Both the position numbers and the translations under genes were made by a program. Positions 16,531 to 26,301 of a stretch of 64,000 bases of DNA are shown piece by piece. Position 1 is the stretch's first letter. Every line of letters begins with the position of its first letter. The notes under the pieces are model-generated. The model saw nothing but the letters and a program-made list of their open reading frames with translations. It searched no databases and was not told the origin of the DNA. Source of the DNA: a bacterium (lineage in GTDB: Bacteria; Patescibacteriota; Microgenomatia; Woykebacterales; RBG-16-39-9b); assembly GCA_030704665.1 (NCBI GenBank), contig JAUYID010000009.1, positions 330,460 to 394,459 of the forward strand. Direction: 5' to 3'.

Positions 16531-17580
16531 ATGAGCGTACCAAAAGGCAAACTTGTCACCATCGATATTGGTTCTTCCTGGACAAAAGTTTTTGTCATTG
16601 ATCATGACCGTGGCAACAAACTGGCGATTGGGGGTAGCTACAGTCTTCCAACCTCGAGCGGAGACCTGAAACTCTCTATCGAAGAAATTTTTCAAAAACT
16701 AAAAATCATTCCGAAAGAAAATGTTTTGCTTTTCTCAAGCAGCTTTGAAGAAGCTGATAGTCTTGCCAGCGACTATAAGGGAATTTTCGTTCCTTTGGCT
16801 GAAATAAAGAAAAACTTGGGAGTGTGGCTCAAACAGCAAGGCTACCCAAACTGCAAATTTTTTGACGCGGGTAGTGATATTTTTAAAGCTGACTACAAAG
16901 TAAACGAACTTGGGGCTTTCCTTTCCTTTTCGTTTGGAGAAATTGATCTGGAAAACCATCTTGCCAATCGAGCCATGCATTTTCATACTTTAGCTGAAAC
17001 TCAGAAGGAAATGGAGACGGACCGGGCGGTAATACGCTCTGCTCTCGCGAAACTCGAGGACAGCCTGAATGAGGCGAGCAACGTCTTGATGACGGGAGCT
17101 TTGGTTGCTGCTCAGACCAAGTTTTCAAAACTTGCCTTGGTCATGCTTGACGTTTTGAGTCCACACAAAGTGGCTGAAGTTTTGGTTGATACCAAAAACT
17201 TTGCGAACAGTTGGGGAGCGGCAATTACTAAATATAAAGAACTGCTCGATTTCGAAATCGATTTTGTGGAAAAACTAGGTAGTTTTGTTTCCTTGGGTGG
17301 GGAGGGAACAGTTGGCTTGGACTACGGACTGAAAAATGTGCAGGAAGTCAAGGTCGCCGAAAATGAGATTGCTTTGATCCCAGCCAATGAGGAACAAGAA
17401 GTTCAGGTTGAGTTTTCCATTGGCAAAGAAAAGCGTAAAGTGGAAACCGGTGGAGGACACTACGGAATTTTGCTAGACGGAAGAAAAAAACCTTTACCGC
17501 TGATTTTTGGACAGTCGTCTTCCCAAAAAGCAATGTTGAAATGGGAAGAAGCAATTGAAAAAGTGGAGCTGATCAAATGA
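16531..17580 (+). CDS. Hypothetical protein; N-terminus (LVTIDIGSSWTKVFVI) faintly resembles the phosphate-1 motif of actin-like (ASKHA) ATPases
   Basis: 349-aa ORF with an upstream promoter (TTGGGC-16-TGgTATAAT). Overlaps the next ORF by 4 nt. Confidence 0.5.
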   Translation: MSVPKGKLVTIDIGSSWTKVFVIDHDRGNKLAIGGSYSLPTSSGDLKLSIEEIFQKLKIIPKENVLLFSSSFEEADSLASDYKGIFVPLAEIKKNLGVWLKQQGYPNCKFFDAGSDIFKADYKVNELGAFLSFSFGEIDLENHLANRAMHFHTLAETQKEMETDRAVIRSALAKLEDSLNEASNVLMTGALVAAQTKFSKLALVMLDVLSPHKVAEVLVDTKNFANSWGAAITKYKELLDFEIDFVEKLGSFVSLGGEGTVGLDYGLKNVQEVKVAENEIALIPANEEQEVQVEFSIGKEKRKVETGGGHYGILLDGRKKPLPLIFGQSSSQKAMLKWEEAIEKVELIK

Positions 17581-18635
17581 TCAATCCCACTATCTTGCGT
17601 ATCGGGTCGAGTTCTTATGATCTGGTCAGAAAATTTCCCGGAAAGGGTAAGGCCAGTGTTAAAGTTGGGGACAGTGTGGCCGCAGCTGATATCGTGGCCC
17701 ATTGCGAAGTTTCGGCGGGACAAAGACTAGTAAAAGTGGCACACAGTTTGGGAGTGGGCGCGCGCGAGGTAGAAAAATATTTGATCCGTTCGGTAGGAGA
17801 CAGAATTTACCAGGGGGAAGTGATTGCCCGTAGAACTGGAGTACTTGGCTTGGGTAAAAAAGAGGTCAAGTCGCCAGCCGATGGTTTGATTTTTGGTGTC
17901 GATGTCAACGGAGACTTGATCATCAAATTCATGCCGACTTCGATTCGCCTCGCAGCCGGAGCAAGTGGTAAAGTGACTGATGTGTCCGAAGACGGTGTGA
18001 CGATTTCAACTAATGTGACTGAAGTTGCCGCCCCGATCGCTTCCGGAAAAGAACGGGACGGAGCGCTAAAGGTGGTTGGTTCCCACAATGATTTTCTTTT
18101 GCCTCAGCACATTGATGCTTCGGCGAGTGGAAAAATTATCGTCGGTGGAGCCCTAGTCGAGCGGGCGACGATCGAAAAAGCACTGACTGTAGGTGTGCAC
18201 GGTATCGTTGTCGGAGGAATAAACTACCGTGATTTTTTAAGCCTTGGTGTTGGTAGTGATGTCGGTTTGACGGTTTTAGTTACTTGCGGCTACGGGGCCT
18301 TTCCAATGGGGGAGGATATTCACGATAAGCTCAAAGCCCTCGAGGGTTATTTTGCTTTTATTTCTGGAGAAAAGGCTAAACTGGTAATCCCCGATCTTAA
18401 TGCCAAAACAACCAAAGCCAATCAACCTAGTGTGGAGAGCTGGAAGAAGCTTGGTGTCGGGGATAAAGTTAGGGTTCTCCATGAAAAAGAAGAAAAACTC
18501 CTCGGCAAAGTTTTGGAGTTGAAAGAAAACCAAGTGCTTCCTTCGACCGTGATCGCCGAAACTGCTCTTGTTGAGTTGACTGACGGAAAAAAGGTTGAAG
18601 TGGCAGCAGCCAATTTGCAAATTGTTTTTAGCTAA
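17577..18635 (+). CDS. Hypothetical protein (352 aa), Gly/Val-rich, no family recognised
   Basis: ORF translationally coupled (ATGA) to the preceding gene, followed 2 nt later by the S41 protease gene. Confidence 0.5.
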   Translation: MINPTILRIGSSSYDLVRKFPGKGKASVKVGDSVAAADIVAHCEVSAGQRLVKVAHSLGVGAREVEKYLIRSVGDRIYQGEVIARRTGVLGLGKKEVKSPADGLIFGVDVNGDLIIKFMPTSIRLAAGASGKVTDVSEDGVTISTNVTEVAAPIASGKERDGALKVVGSHNDFLLPQHIDASASGKIIVGGALVERATIEKALTVGVHGIVVGGINYRDFLSLGVGSDVGLTVLVTCGYGAFPMGEDIHDKLKALEGYFAFISGEKAKLVIPDLNAKTTKANQPSVESWKKLGVGDKVRVLHEKEEKLLGKVLELKENQVLPSTVIAETALVELTDGKKVEVAAANLQIVFS

Positions 18636-18637
18636 AA

Positions 18638-19867
18638 ATGAAAGAAAAAATCAAAAGCCTAATAGTTAAACATTACGTTCAAGCGGTTGGGGCCCTGGTA
18701 CTTTTTGCTCTTGGAGTTTGGATCGGGCAAAACTTTGACATCAACGTCGGCCAAAAAACTACCCGTGGTGAGTTCAAACCCCTGATCAGTCTCAGCAATC
18801 GTCAAACTCCGACAAATACTACGGTCAGTTTCAACCAGTTTTGGGAAGTTTGGGATCATCTAACCAGTGAGTACCTGAACAAAAATGATATTGACCAACA
18901 AAAACTTCTTTACGGAGCAATCTCAGGTTTGGTTGAAGCGGCTGGAGATCCCTACACTGTTTACCTTGACCCAGAGTCCAACAAAGACTTTGATTCGCAG
19001 CTCAACGGTACTTTTGAGGGGGTGGGGATTGAGATTGGTTCCAAGGACGGCAAACTTGTCGTCATCTCACCAATTGAAGGCACACCAGCGATGGAAGCTG
19101 GGGTACTGGCGGGGGATATCATCACCAAAATTGACGGTAAGGACGCTTCCAGCCTGTCACTAGTAGAGGCAGTCAAAACTATTCGTGGGCAAGCGGGCAC
19201 CCCCGTCCATTTTGTTTTTTCACGAGCCGGGAAACTAGTTAACAAGACCATCACTCGTACCAAAATCACCATCAAGAGTGTTGAGTTTGCCAACAAAGGA
19301 GAGGAAGTTGCTGTGATCCGGATTAATCGCTTCGGAGACTCAACTCAGGAAGAGTGGGACAGTGCGGTGAACAAATTTACTTCGGGGAAGTTCCAAAAAC
19401 TTATTCTCGATCTGCGCAACAATCCTGGTGGCAGACTGGATACTGCCATTTACATTGCCAATGAGTTTGTCGCAGCCGGAACTAGTGTAGTTTTGGAAGA
19501 AGACTCGGGTGGAAACAGACAGGAATTTAAAGGTGAGCGTAACGGGCGCCTGCAAGAGATTACCCCAGTAGTTTTGCTCAATAAAGGCAGTGCCTCAGCT
19601 TCTGAAATTGTCGCCGGAGCCCTAAGAGACTTGAAAGGTGCACCTCTGCTCGGGGAAACCAGCTATGGAAAAGGGACGGTCCAAAAAGTTGAAGATTTGG
19701 AGGCAGGTGCAGCTCTACATATCACTATCGCTAAATGGCTTACCCCCAAAGGAATTTGGGTTCATGGTAAAGGGCTCAAGCCCGATACCGAAGTTAAACT
19801 AACCGCCAAAGACATCAAAGCAAACAAAGATCCCCAACTAGAGGCAGCCCTCAAACTGCTAAAATAA
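18638..19867 (+). CDS. C-terminal processing (S41, CtpA/Prc-like) serine protease with PDZ domain, N-terminal TM anchor
   Basis: PDZ segment GVGIEIGSKDGKLVVISPIEGTPAMEAGVLAGDIITKIDGK; S41 motifs NPGGRLDTA and NKGSASASEIVAGAL. Confidence 0.85.
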   Translation: MKEKIKSLIVKHYVQAVGALVLFALGVWIGQNFDINVGQKTTRGEFKPLISLSNRQTPTNTTVSFNQFWEVWDHLTSEYLNKNDIDQQKLLYGAISGLVEAAGDPYTVYLDPESNKDFDSQLNGTFEGVGIEIGSKDGKLVVISPIEGTPAMEAGVLAGDIITKIDGKDASSLSLVEAVKTIRGQAGTPVHFVFSRAGKLVNKTITRTKITIKSVEFANKGEEVAVIRINRFGDSTQEEWDSAVNKFTSGKFQKLILDLRNNPGGRLDTAIYIANEFVAAGTSVVLEEDSGGNRQEFKGERNGRLQEITPVVLLNKGSASASEIVAGALRDLKGAPLLGETSYGKGTVQKVEDLEAGAALHITIAKWLTPKGIWVHGKGLKPDTEVKLTAKDIKANKDPQLEAALKLLK

Positions 19868-20059
19868 GATTTCTCCCAGTTTGACAAAAAGAGGCTTCTC
19901 CTGTTAAATTTCTAATATGTTTTCCAGCCTGAACCAGAAGAAGCAAAAGATTTCCAACTAAGTTGGCGGTCTTGTTGTGCCTTGGTTTAAGCTTTCTCCC
20001 CAAACAAATTTCCAGATAAACAAAGACATTATTAGGCTAGCCAAGAGGTAGTTAGTCTG

Positions 20060-21415
20060 GTGAAGGGAGGAGTTAGCTTGACTTCTGGTTGGGCAAAGGC
20101 TAATATCAGCCTCAATTCGTTAAGTGCGGAAGAAAGAGAGGACGAAATGAATAAGGAGATTCTCGCTGGTATTCAAGAGCGTGGGTTGAACTTGCTTGAT
20201 GAGATGAGACAGCACCTCGCGAACAAGTATCCTGGCCTGCCTATCCCCCCGATTGTTGAAGAAGTGGTCATCGACACTACCACCCAAGGACCAGCGATCG
20301 TTGGTGTTTACGACCATTTCCTAGCCCTACAGGAACTGGAGGAAATGCCGATTGCCTTGTTGAGAGCCAGTAGCGCAGTCGGTCTACCGGTGGTCATTGC
20401 TCACGGTGAAGGTTCGCTGCTGCTGGAATCACGTGCCATCTATGTCCAGTGGGGTTTGCGGGAGCGTGAAGGCAGGTGGGAAGTGGTTTACTACGAGCAC
20501 CCTCTCTTAGCTGGCTATGTTCGCCTCTCGCCCTTCGACCTCTTTCTGGAGTGGCGAGATCTTTTTCAGCGGGGGATCCCCGGCATCTTCAACCAGAAGT
20601 TCGAAGAAGCGACTATGGATAAATTCGCCAGCCTTGAATTCTTTGCGAAGGCAAAGGCGCCCTGTCCTGAAACCGCTCATTTTCGGATGAGTCTCAGGCG
20701 GGTTGAGAACCGAGACGAGAAGGTGAAAGCCAGGTTAGTCGAGATGGAGGCTAAGGGCATTTTCACTACCGGCGCGGTTGTTAAACCAGTCGGCTCTTCC
20801 CTGGGAATGGGAGTAGTGATGTTCCCGGAGGGTGTGAGGGTGGAGGAAATCGCCGTCGATATACTCGCCCGTAATCACGATGTTATCGTTCAACGCCGCA
20901 TCAATCCACCACCTCTAGTCATTGAGGGAGAAGATTTCGACTGGAACTTCCGGGTCCTTGTTGCCCGCAACAGCTTGAACGAACCCGCCGTGGTTGCTAT
21001 CGAAATTCGCTACTCCTCAAAGGGTGGTGTCGTCAACGCGGCCCAAGGTGCTAAGCGCCTGACCTTCGAGGATTTCATTTCCCGGATGGGTTGGGATCTA
21101 ACCAAGGTTCGTCAGGCGATAGAGGCCCTAAGCCTGTCGATGTTTCGGGCTATCGAAGATGGTTTGGGTCTGGTCGATCCACAGCAAGATGCAGTGGGGT
21201 TGGACATCATCGTCGATCACGATCGTAAGGCCTACGCCATGGAGATCAACGGTAGCTTGGCGATGGGCTATTTGGGTTTAGACGAGCTTCAACCAGATGC
21301 ATCCAGCAGCGCGCTATCCTTGTTGAAGTTGATGGAGCTGCGAGCTCGGGTCTATGTCCACAATCGAGTGCACTTGCTTGTTTATCAGCCCGAAGTGGTT
21401 GGGGAAGGAGGTTGA
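20060..21415 (+). CDS. ATP-grasp fold enzyme (RimK/YheC-D-like ligase), GC-rich (~54%); real start may be ATG 20147 (MNKEILAG…)
   Basis: VVKPVGSSLGMGVVMF and AMEINGS resemble ATP-grasp ATP-binding/active-site segments. Composition distinct from its neighbours. Confidence 0.5.
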   Translation: MKGGVSLTSGWAKANISLNSLSAEEREDEMNKEILAGIQERGLNLLDEMRQHLANKYPGLPIPPIVEEVVIDTTTQGPAIVGVYDHFLALQELEEMPIALLRASSAVGLPVVIAHGEGSLLLESRAIYVQWGLREREGRWEVVYYEHPLLAGYVRLSPFDLFLEWRDLFQRGIPGIFNQKFEEATMDKFASLEFFAKAKAPCPETAHFRMSLRRVENRDEKVKARLVEMEAKGIFTTGAVVKPVGSSLGMGVVMFPEGVRVEEIAVDILARNHDVIVQRRINPPPLVIEGEDFDWNFRVLVARNSLNEPAVVAIEIRYSSKGGVVNAAQGAKRLTFEDFISRMGWDLTKVRQAIEALSLSMFRAIEDGLGLVDPQQDAVGLDIIVDHDRKAYAMEINGSLAMGYLGLDELQPDASSSALSLLKLMELRARVYVHNRVHLLVYQPEVVGEGG

Positions 21416-21523
21416 GAGACGAGGCGCCCCTTTTTGAACTTCGGTTCGGGGGCGCTTCATCGGCCTTAATATCCTGACAGAGAGACTTGAATTCCCTAGA
21501 TTATTTGTTTAGAATAAATTTTC

Positions 21524-22672
21524 ATGCCCGAAGAAAAAAAGAGACTTTACATCAAAATAGGGGTTTTGCTGGGAGCGGTTCTACTCACTGGGCTGATCGG
21601 TGGGGTGGTCGCCTCTTCTTACCCAAACTGGTACAGTTCCCTTCCTTTCAAAAACTCTCTACCAAACTTTTTAAAACCCCCCGACTCAGAGGTCAACTCA
21701 AGTAAAGAAGTAGTCCGCACTGTTGAGGAATCGGCCGTCATCGACGCAGTTGAGGAGGCTTCTCCTTCGGTCGTTTCCATCATTGCCAAGACAGTAAACT
21801 TTGACCCGGCCCTTGGAGTCGTGACTGACCAACAAGGTATTGGGACCGGCTTTATCGTTGATTCTTCAGGAATTGTCATTACCAACAACCATGTCGTTTG
21901 TGAAACGGGAATTGATTACAACGTCCTGACCAAAGACGGCAAAAGCTACGCCGTGACAAAAATTGATACGGACCCAGCTAATGACGTTGCTATTCTCAAG
22001 ATCAAAGGTAGCAGCTTCCAAGCACTTGCCCTTGCCGATTCAGACCCAAAGATCTTAAAAGTCGGACAAAAAGTCATTGCCATTGGCAATGCTCTAGGAC
22101 AGTTTCAGAATACAGTCACTGTTGGAGTCATTTCCGGTATTGGTCGGGGAGTGACTGCTCAGGGAGGTTGCGGGGGACAATCGGAAGAAACATTGCAAAA
22201 TGTGATTCAAACTGATGCTGCTCTCAACCCGGGGAATTCTGGCGGACCCCTGCTCGATTTGAGTGGAAAGGTGGTTGGCGTGAACTTTGCCGTTTCCACC
22301 AGTGCCCAAAACATCGGCTTTGTCATTCCGATCAACCGGGTCAAAAAAATTCTTGATCAGTACAAAAAAGAAGGCCGCATCATCCGTCCTTTCTTGGGGA
22401 TTCGTTATCGTTTGATTGACCCTCAGGAATCTGCGGCCCGCAGTGTTCCGCAGGGAGCGTTTGTTTCTAGTGTGGTGGTGGCTTCACCCGCAGCCACTGC
22501 AGGTATTGAGGTAGGCGATATCATCACCAAGCTCAACAAGCAAAAGGTGAGTTTAAGTAACGATATTGTTACCATTTTGAATGATGTGGTTGTAGGTAAG
22601 GAAATTTCAGTCGAGGTCTACCGGAATGGGAGAAGCATTGCTCTCAAAATTGTTCCTCGAGAAGCGGACTAA
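21524..22672 (+). CDS. HtrA/DegP-family trypsin-like serine protease with C-terminal PDZ domain, N-terminal TM anchor
   Basis: GTGFIVDSSGIVITNNHVV (His), DVAILKI (Asp), GNSGGPLLD (Ser); PDZ in the C-terminal 100 aa. Confidence 0.9.
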   Translation: MPEEKKRLYIKIGVLLGAVLLTGLIGGVVASSYPNWYSSLPFKNSLPNFLKPPDSEVNSSKEVVRTVEESAVIDAVEEASPSVVSIIAKTVNFDPALGVVTDQQGIGTGFIVDSSGIVITNNHVVCETGIDYNVLTKDGKSYAVTKIDTDPANDVAILKIKGSSFQALALADSDPKILKVGQKVIAIGNALGQFQNTVTVGVISGIGRGVTAQGGCGGQSEETLQNVIQTDAALNPGNSGGPLLDLSGKVVGVNFAVSTSAQNIGFVIPINRVKKILDQYKKEGRIIRPFLGIRYRLIDPQESAARSVPQGAFVSSVVVASPAATAGIEVGDIITKLNKQKVSLSNDIVTILNDVVVGKEISVEVYRNGRSIALKIVPREAD

Positions 22673-22713
22673 AATCATTTGACAGCAGCAGGCATTTCAC
22701 GCTTTAATATAAA

Positions 22714-23253
22714 TTGATGTCTGACAACGGTTTATTTGGACTACCCAGCTTCCGACGTAGAATTGGAGTAGTCGCCTCTTTGTTCATTCTTTTTGCTATT
22801 CCAGTCACAGTCATTGCCACTTTGCAAGGCCGTTCCGATCTCTCCCGGGCCGCGGCTTGTCTGGATATCAGCAATGACGGTGGCGTTGACTCAGCTGATA
22901 GCAGTCTCTTGAAGAATCAAATTGAGACCAAGATCTATTCAAAGGCAAGCGACTTTGATAGTGATGGGGTGGTAAACGAAACTGACCAGCTGATTCTAAA
23001 CGAAAGTTTGGGCGAAACCTGCTCACCACAAGTAACCTTCTTTGCTAGTCCGGATAGTATCAAGATAGGTGAAAGTGCTGTTTTGACCTGGACGGTTGCT
23101 CACGCGAGCAAAGTCGAGATTGAGGGGGTCGGAGAGGTTGCTAAAGAAGGCGAAATCAAAGTTAACCCAACTGAAAGTAAAACTTACCAATTGAGCGCAA
23201 GCGGCCCCGGTGGGCAAGTAGTTGGGGCCTCAACCCTAAAAGTCACCCATTAA
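22714..23253 (+). CDS. Secreted protein with a dockerin-like double Ca-binding repeat (DISNDGGVDSAD…DFDSDGVVNETD) followed by an Ig-like domain
   Basis: Signal-anchor N-terminus. Both 12-residue loops fit the D-x-[DNS]-x-D-G-x-[VI]-[DN]-x-x-D dockerin/EF-hand-like pattern and are spaced ~29 residues apart. Confidence 0.55.
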   Translation: MMSDNGLFGLPSFRRRIGVVASLFILFAIPVTVIATLQGRSDLSRAAACLDISNDGGVDSADSSLLKNQIETKIYSKASDFDSDGVVNETDQLILNESLGETCSPQVTFFASPDSIKIGESAVLTWTVAHASKVEIEGVGEVAKEGEIKVNPTESKTYQLSASGPGGQVVGASTLKVTH

Positions 23254-23296
23254 TTCTCTTTGACAGGTTAGATCCGTCTTGTTAGCATATTAATTA

Positions 23297-24919
23297 ATGC
23301 CCAAGATTCAAGTGGCGAAAAAACTTTGGTTCTCTCTTTTTGTTGTTCTAGTACTTTTTGTCTCTGTCATTTTTACCCAACTGGCGAGTTTGAACAGCCG
23401 TGATACACGCACGCAAGCAGCCTCGGCTCCAACTACAGTGACTTGGACCGATCCGATCCGCTTCCGCGATACTGTTTGTTTGCACGGAACCAGTGTTTGT
23501 CAGCCTTTTCATACAACGACCTCTACTTCAGATACTTGGACGGTAGCTGACAATGTCAGCTATGATCTCCACGTTGATGTGAGTAAAGACGGCTCAACTT
23601 GGTACGGTTGGGAGCAAAACAACAATTTGAGCAAGGATTGTCCCGGTTCGACCTGCTCAAGAACCTTTAGTTGGGCTCAAGTGGACTTTGTGGTGCGCAC
23701 GACAATCGACAACATTGATCACGCGGTGAGAAGACCGACAACAAGCTATACTTACAGTTCAGCTCCGCCGAATTTTAGCTACACTGGTAGTGTAGTTTTC
23801 CACTATTTGGACAATTTAAGTCCTCAGGGAATTACGATCAAGAATTTGTCGGGTAATACCGGTCCTTGTACTGTCAGTTGTCCGGTTCCACCACCAAGTG
23901 TTGATATCAAGGCAAACAATTCAGATAGCTCAATTACGATTCCCTACAACTCAAGTGTGACGATAAAATGGACTTCCTCCGGCTCACCAACCTCTTGTTC
24001 AGTTTCACCGACCGGTTGGACTGGAACGAGCGGTCAGCAGAGCCAAACTCTGACCTCAGCGCGTACTTACAAGGCGACTTGTAGTAACAGTGGCGGAAGC
24101 GATTCAGACTCAGTGACTGTCAATGTAAGTGCTCCGGGTGCTCCTTCAGTCAACATCAAAGCCAATGGCTCCGATGGCCCAATCAAAATTACCAAAGGCA
24201 AAACCGTGACGATCAGTTGGACCAGTGGGGCCAACACCACTTCATGTACGATTGCGCCGTTTGGTTGGACCGGGTTGAGCGGGTCAAAAAGTAGTGGGGC
24301 ATTGAGTAAATCGACCACCTTCAAAGCTAGTTGTACTGGTCCTGGGGGGAGTGGGTCAGATTCAGTTGTAGTCAATGTCGAGACCGCCTCAACTAGTCCA
24401 ACTAGCGGTAGTTCTGTTCCGATCATCAAAAGCACGACTCCGAAGACAACTTCAATAAGTAAAGACGCACTTGCCGGGTCAAAAACCAAGGTTACTTCGA
24501 AGACAGCCTTGGATATTGTTTTAAGCAGTGGGACCAACCGCTTTTTGATTGGAGCTAAAGAAGTTAGGGTTTCAATCACTGCGACCAAAGTCAGCAAAAA
24601 ACTGGTTATCAACCACGACAACGAGTATTTTAGAATCAGTGCCTCTGAACTGAAGGTTGGTAAAATTTACACTTTGGAAATTTCTGGAGACTGGCTTGTT
24701 TCTCAGACCCAACGTTTCAAAGTAAACGCAAAGGGAACCAATTTAAAGCTAGAACCACTTATTATCGGGGATTTGACCGGCGAAGGTCGGATCAATGACG
24801 ATGATATTTTTGAGTTTTTGAACGGCTTTCTCAGCGATAAATTTTATGATTTTAATGTTGATGGGGTAGTCAACAGTTTTGATTACTCTATTTTGATTGG
24901 CAACTCGGAAGGAACCTAA
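23297..24919 (+). CDS. Secreted Ser/Thr-rich protein with two tandem ~85-aa Ig-like repeats and a C-terminal dockerin-like module (DLTGEGRINDDD…DFNVDGVVNSFD)
   Basis: Signal-anchor; internal repeats VDIKANNSDSSITIPYNSSVTIKWTSSG…/VNIKANGSDGPIKITKGKTVTISWTSGA…. C-terminal 120 aa paralogous to the next gene. Confidence 0.55.
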   Translation: MPKIQVAKKLWFSLFVVLVLFVSVIFTQLASLNSRDTRTQAASAPTTVTWTDPIRFRDTVCLHGTSVCQPFHTTTSTSDTWTVADNVSYDLHVDVSKDGSTWYGWEQNNNLSKDCPGSTCSRTFSWAQVDFVVRTTIDNIDHAVRRPTTSYTYSSAPPNFSYTGSVVFHYLDNLSPQGITIKNLSGNTGPCTVSCPVPPPSVDIKANNSDSSITIPYNSSVTIKWTSSGSPTSCSVSPTGWTGTSGQQSQTLTSARTYKATCSNSGGSDSDSVTVNVSAPGAPSVNIKANGSDGPIKITKGKTVTISWTSGANTTSCTIAPFGWTGLSGSKSSGALSKSTTFKASCTGPGGSGSDSVVVNVETASTSPTSGSSVPIIKSTTPKTTSISKDALAGSKTKVTSKTALDIVLSSGTNRFLIGAKEVRVSITATKVSKKLVINHDNEYFRISASELKVGKIYTLEISGDWLVSQTQRFKVNAKGTNLKLEPLIIGDLTGEGRINDDDIFEFLNGFLSDKFYDFNVDGVVNSFDYSILIGNSEGT

Positions 24920-24960
24920 GTTTTTGACAAGGGGAAAACCCCCTGCTAGCATGTATTTAA

Positions 24961-26301
24961 GTGAGCAAGTTTGGAAAATTTCAAAAACGAAGAGTTTGGC
25001 TCAGCCTTATTACTACCTTTGTTCTATTGGGGGCAATTGTGTTTACTCAATTTGCTGCTAAAAACTCTGGCGATTTGCGTATCAAAGCAGCTACCTGCGC
25101 TTCAGGAGAAAATTTGGTGAGTCTACGTCCAGTTGCCAACAGCTACGTCAAGCTTTGGTCCCAAAGTCCCAGTAGCGGTACAGAGTTTGACAAGGTAGAT
25201 GAGGCAGTTGCTGATGGAAATAATACTTATATCTGGGATGATACGAAACCTTCCAATTTCGTGGCTTTTTCTCACCAAAGCCTAAGTTTGAGTTCAGACA
25301 AAGCTGTCAAAAGGGTTGCTGTTTACCTCGTCGCCAGAAGAAGCGGTAATGCCGCCAGTGTGGCGCCCGGACTTTATCTGGGAGGTAATTTTTACTCTGG
25401 AACTACAAATTCGGCTGGGCCCAATTACTCAGAGTACAGCAACACTTGGCTTTCCAATCCAGCTGGTGGGTCTTGGACCGCCAGTTCGGTAAATTCGGCG
25501 GGTGTGGCTGCCCGTTCCAGTCGAGTCAATCAGGGAAACGCACTCTCGATCACGCAAATGTGGATGGATGTTTGTTGGGTTTATAAAGCTCCGATGGTTA
25601 ATATCAAGGCCAATGGTTCCAACGGGCCAATTACTATTCCCTACAACAGCGCCGCAACTTTGAGTTGGAGTAGTAGCTACGCTACTTCTTGCCCTGGTTT
25701 TTCAGCTACGAGTGGTTCCAAATCAATCGGTAAACTGACCTCGTCGCGGACTTTTAGTATTACTTGTACGGGTAAGGGGGGAAGCGGAAGCGACTCGGTC
25801 AGAGTCAACCTTTCGGCTCCTCCTACTTCGGGTGGTGGCGGTTCTGATTCTAGCCCCCCACCCTCGTCTGGAGGCGAAACAAAGGCAAAGCCGACGGTTG
25901 CTAGTATTAGTCTCCGAACCTCAGCCAACGCGTTTTTGATAAATGGTAAAGAAGTCGAGGCAACCATCAAAGGTACAAGCGTCACCAAAAAGGTTACCTT
26001 TTCCAAAGATGCGACTAGCGTTAGTCTTAAGACCTCGGCTTTAACCGTGGGTAAAACCTATATTTTGGAACTCAAAACTCCGTGGTTACTTACACAAAAC
26101 TTTAGTTTCAAGCTAAAATCAGGGGTGAAATTGGCTGCAGGGCCTTTGATTTTTGGGGATGTAACCGCAGACAACAGAATATCGGAAACTGATATAGTAG
26201 AGTTTTTGGCGGGTTTTATCAACGATCAAAACTACGATTTTAACGCAGATGGGGTGGTCAACAGTTTTGATTATTCAATTTTGATTAACAACCTAAAATG
26301 A
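24961..26301 (+). CDS. Paralogous secreted protein with one Ig-like repeat and a C-terminal dockerin-like module (DVTADNRISETD…DFNADGVVNSFD)
   Basis: C-terminal region ~50% identical to that of 23297..24919; the same VNIKANGSNGPITIPYNS repeat type. Confidence 0.55.
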   Translation: MSKFGKFQKRRVWLSLITTFVLLGAIVFTQFAAKNSGDLRIKAATCASGENLVSLRPVANSYVKLWSQSPSSGTEFDKVDEAVADGNNTYIWDDTKPSNFVAFSHQSLSLSSDKAVKRVAVYLVARRSGNAASVAPGLYLGGNFYSGTTNSAGPNYSEYSNTWLSNPAGGSWTASSVNSAGVAARSSRVNQGNALSITQMWMDVCWVYKAPMVNIKANGSNGPITIPYNSAATLSWSSSYATSCPGFSATSGSKSIGKLTSSRTFSITCTGKGGSGSDSVRVNLSAPPTSGGGGSDSSPPPSSGGETKAKPTVASISLRTSANAFLINGKEVEATIKGTSVTKKVTFSKDATSVSLKTSALTVGKTYILELKTPWLLTQNFSFKLKSGVKLAAGPLIFGDVTADNRISETDIVEFLAGFINDQNYDFNADGVVNSFDYSILINNLK

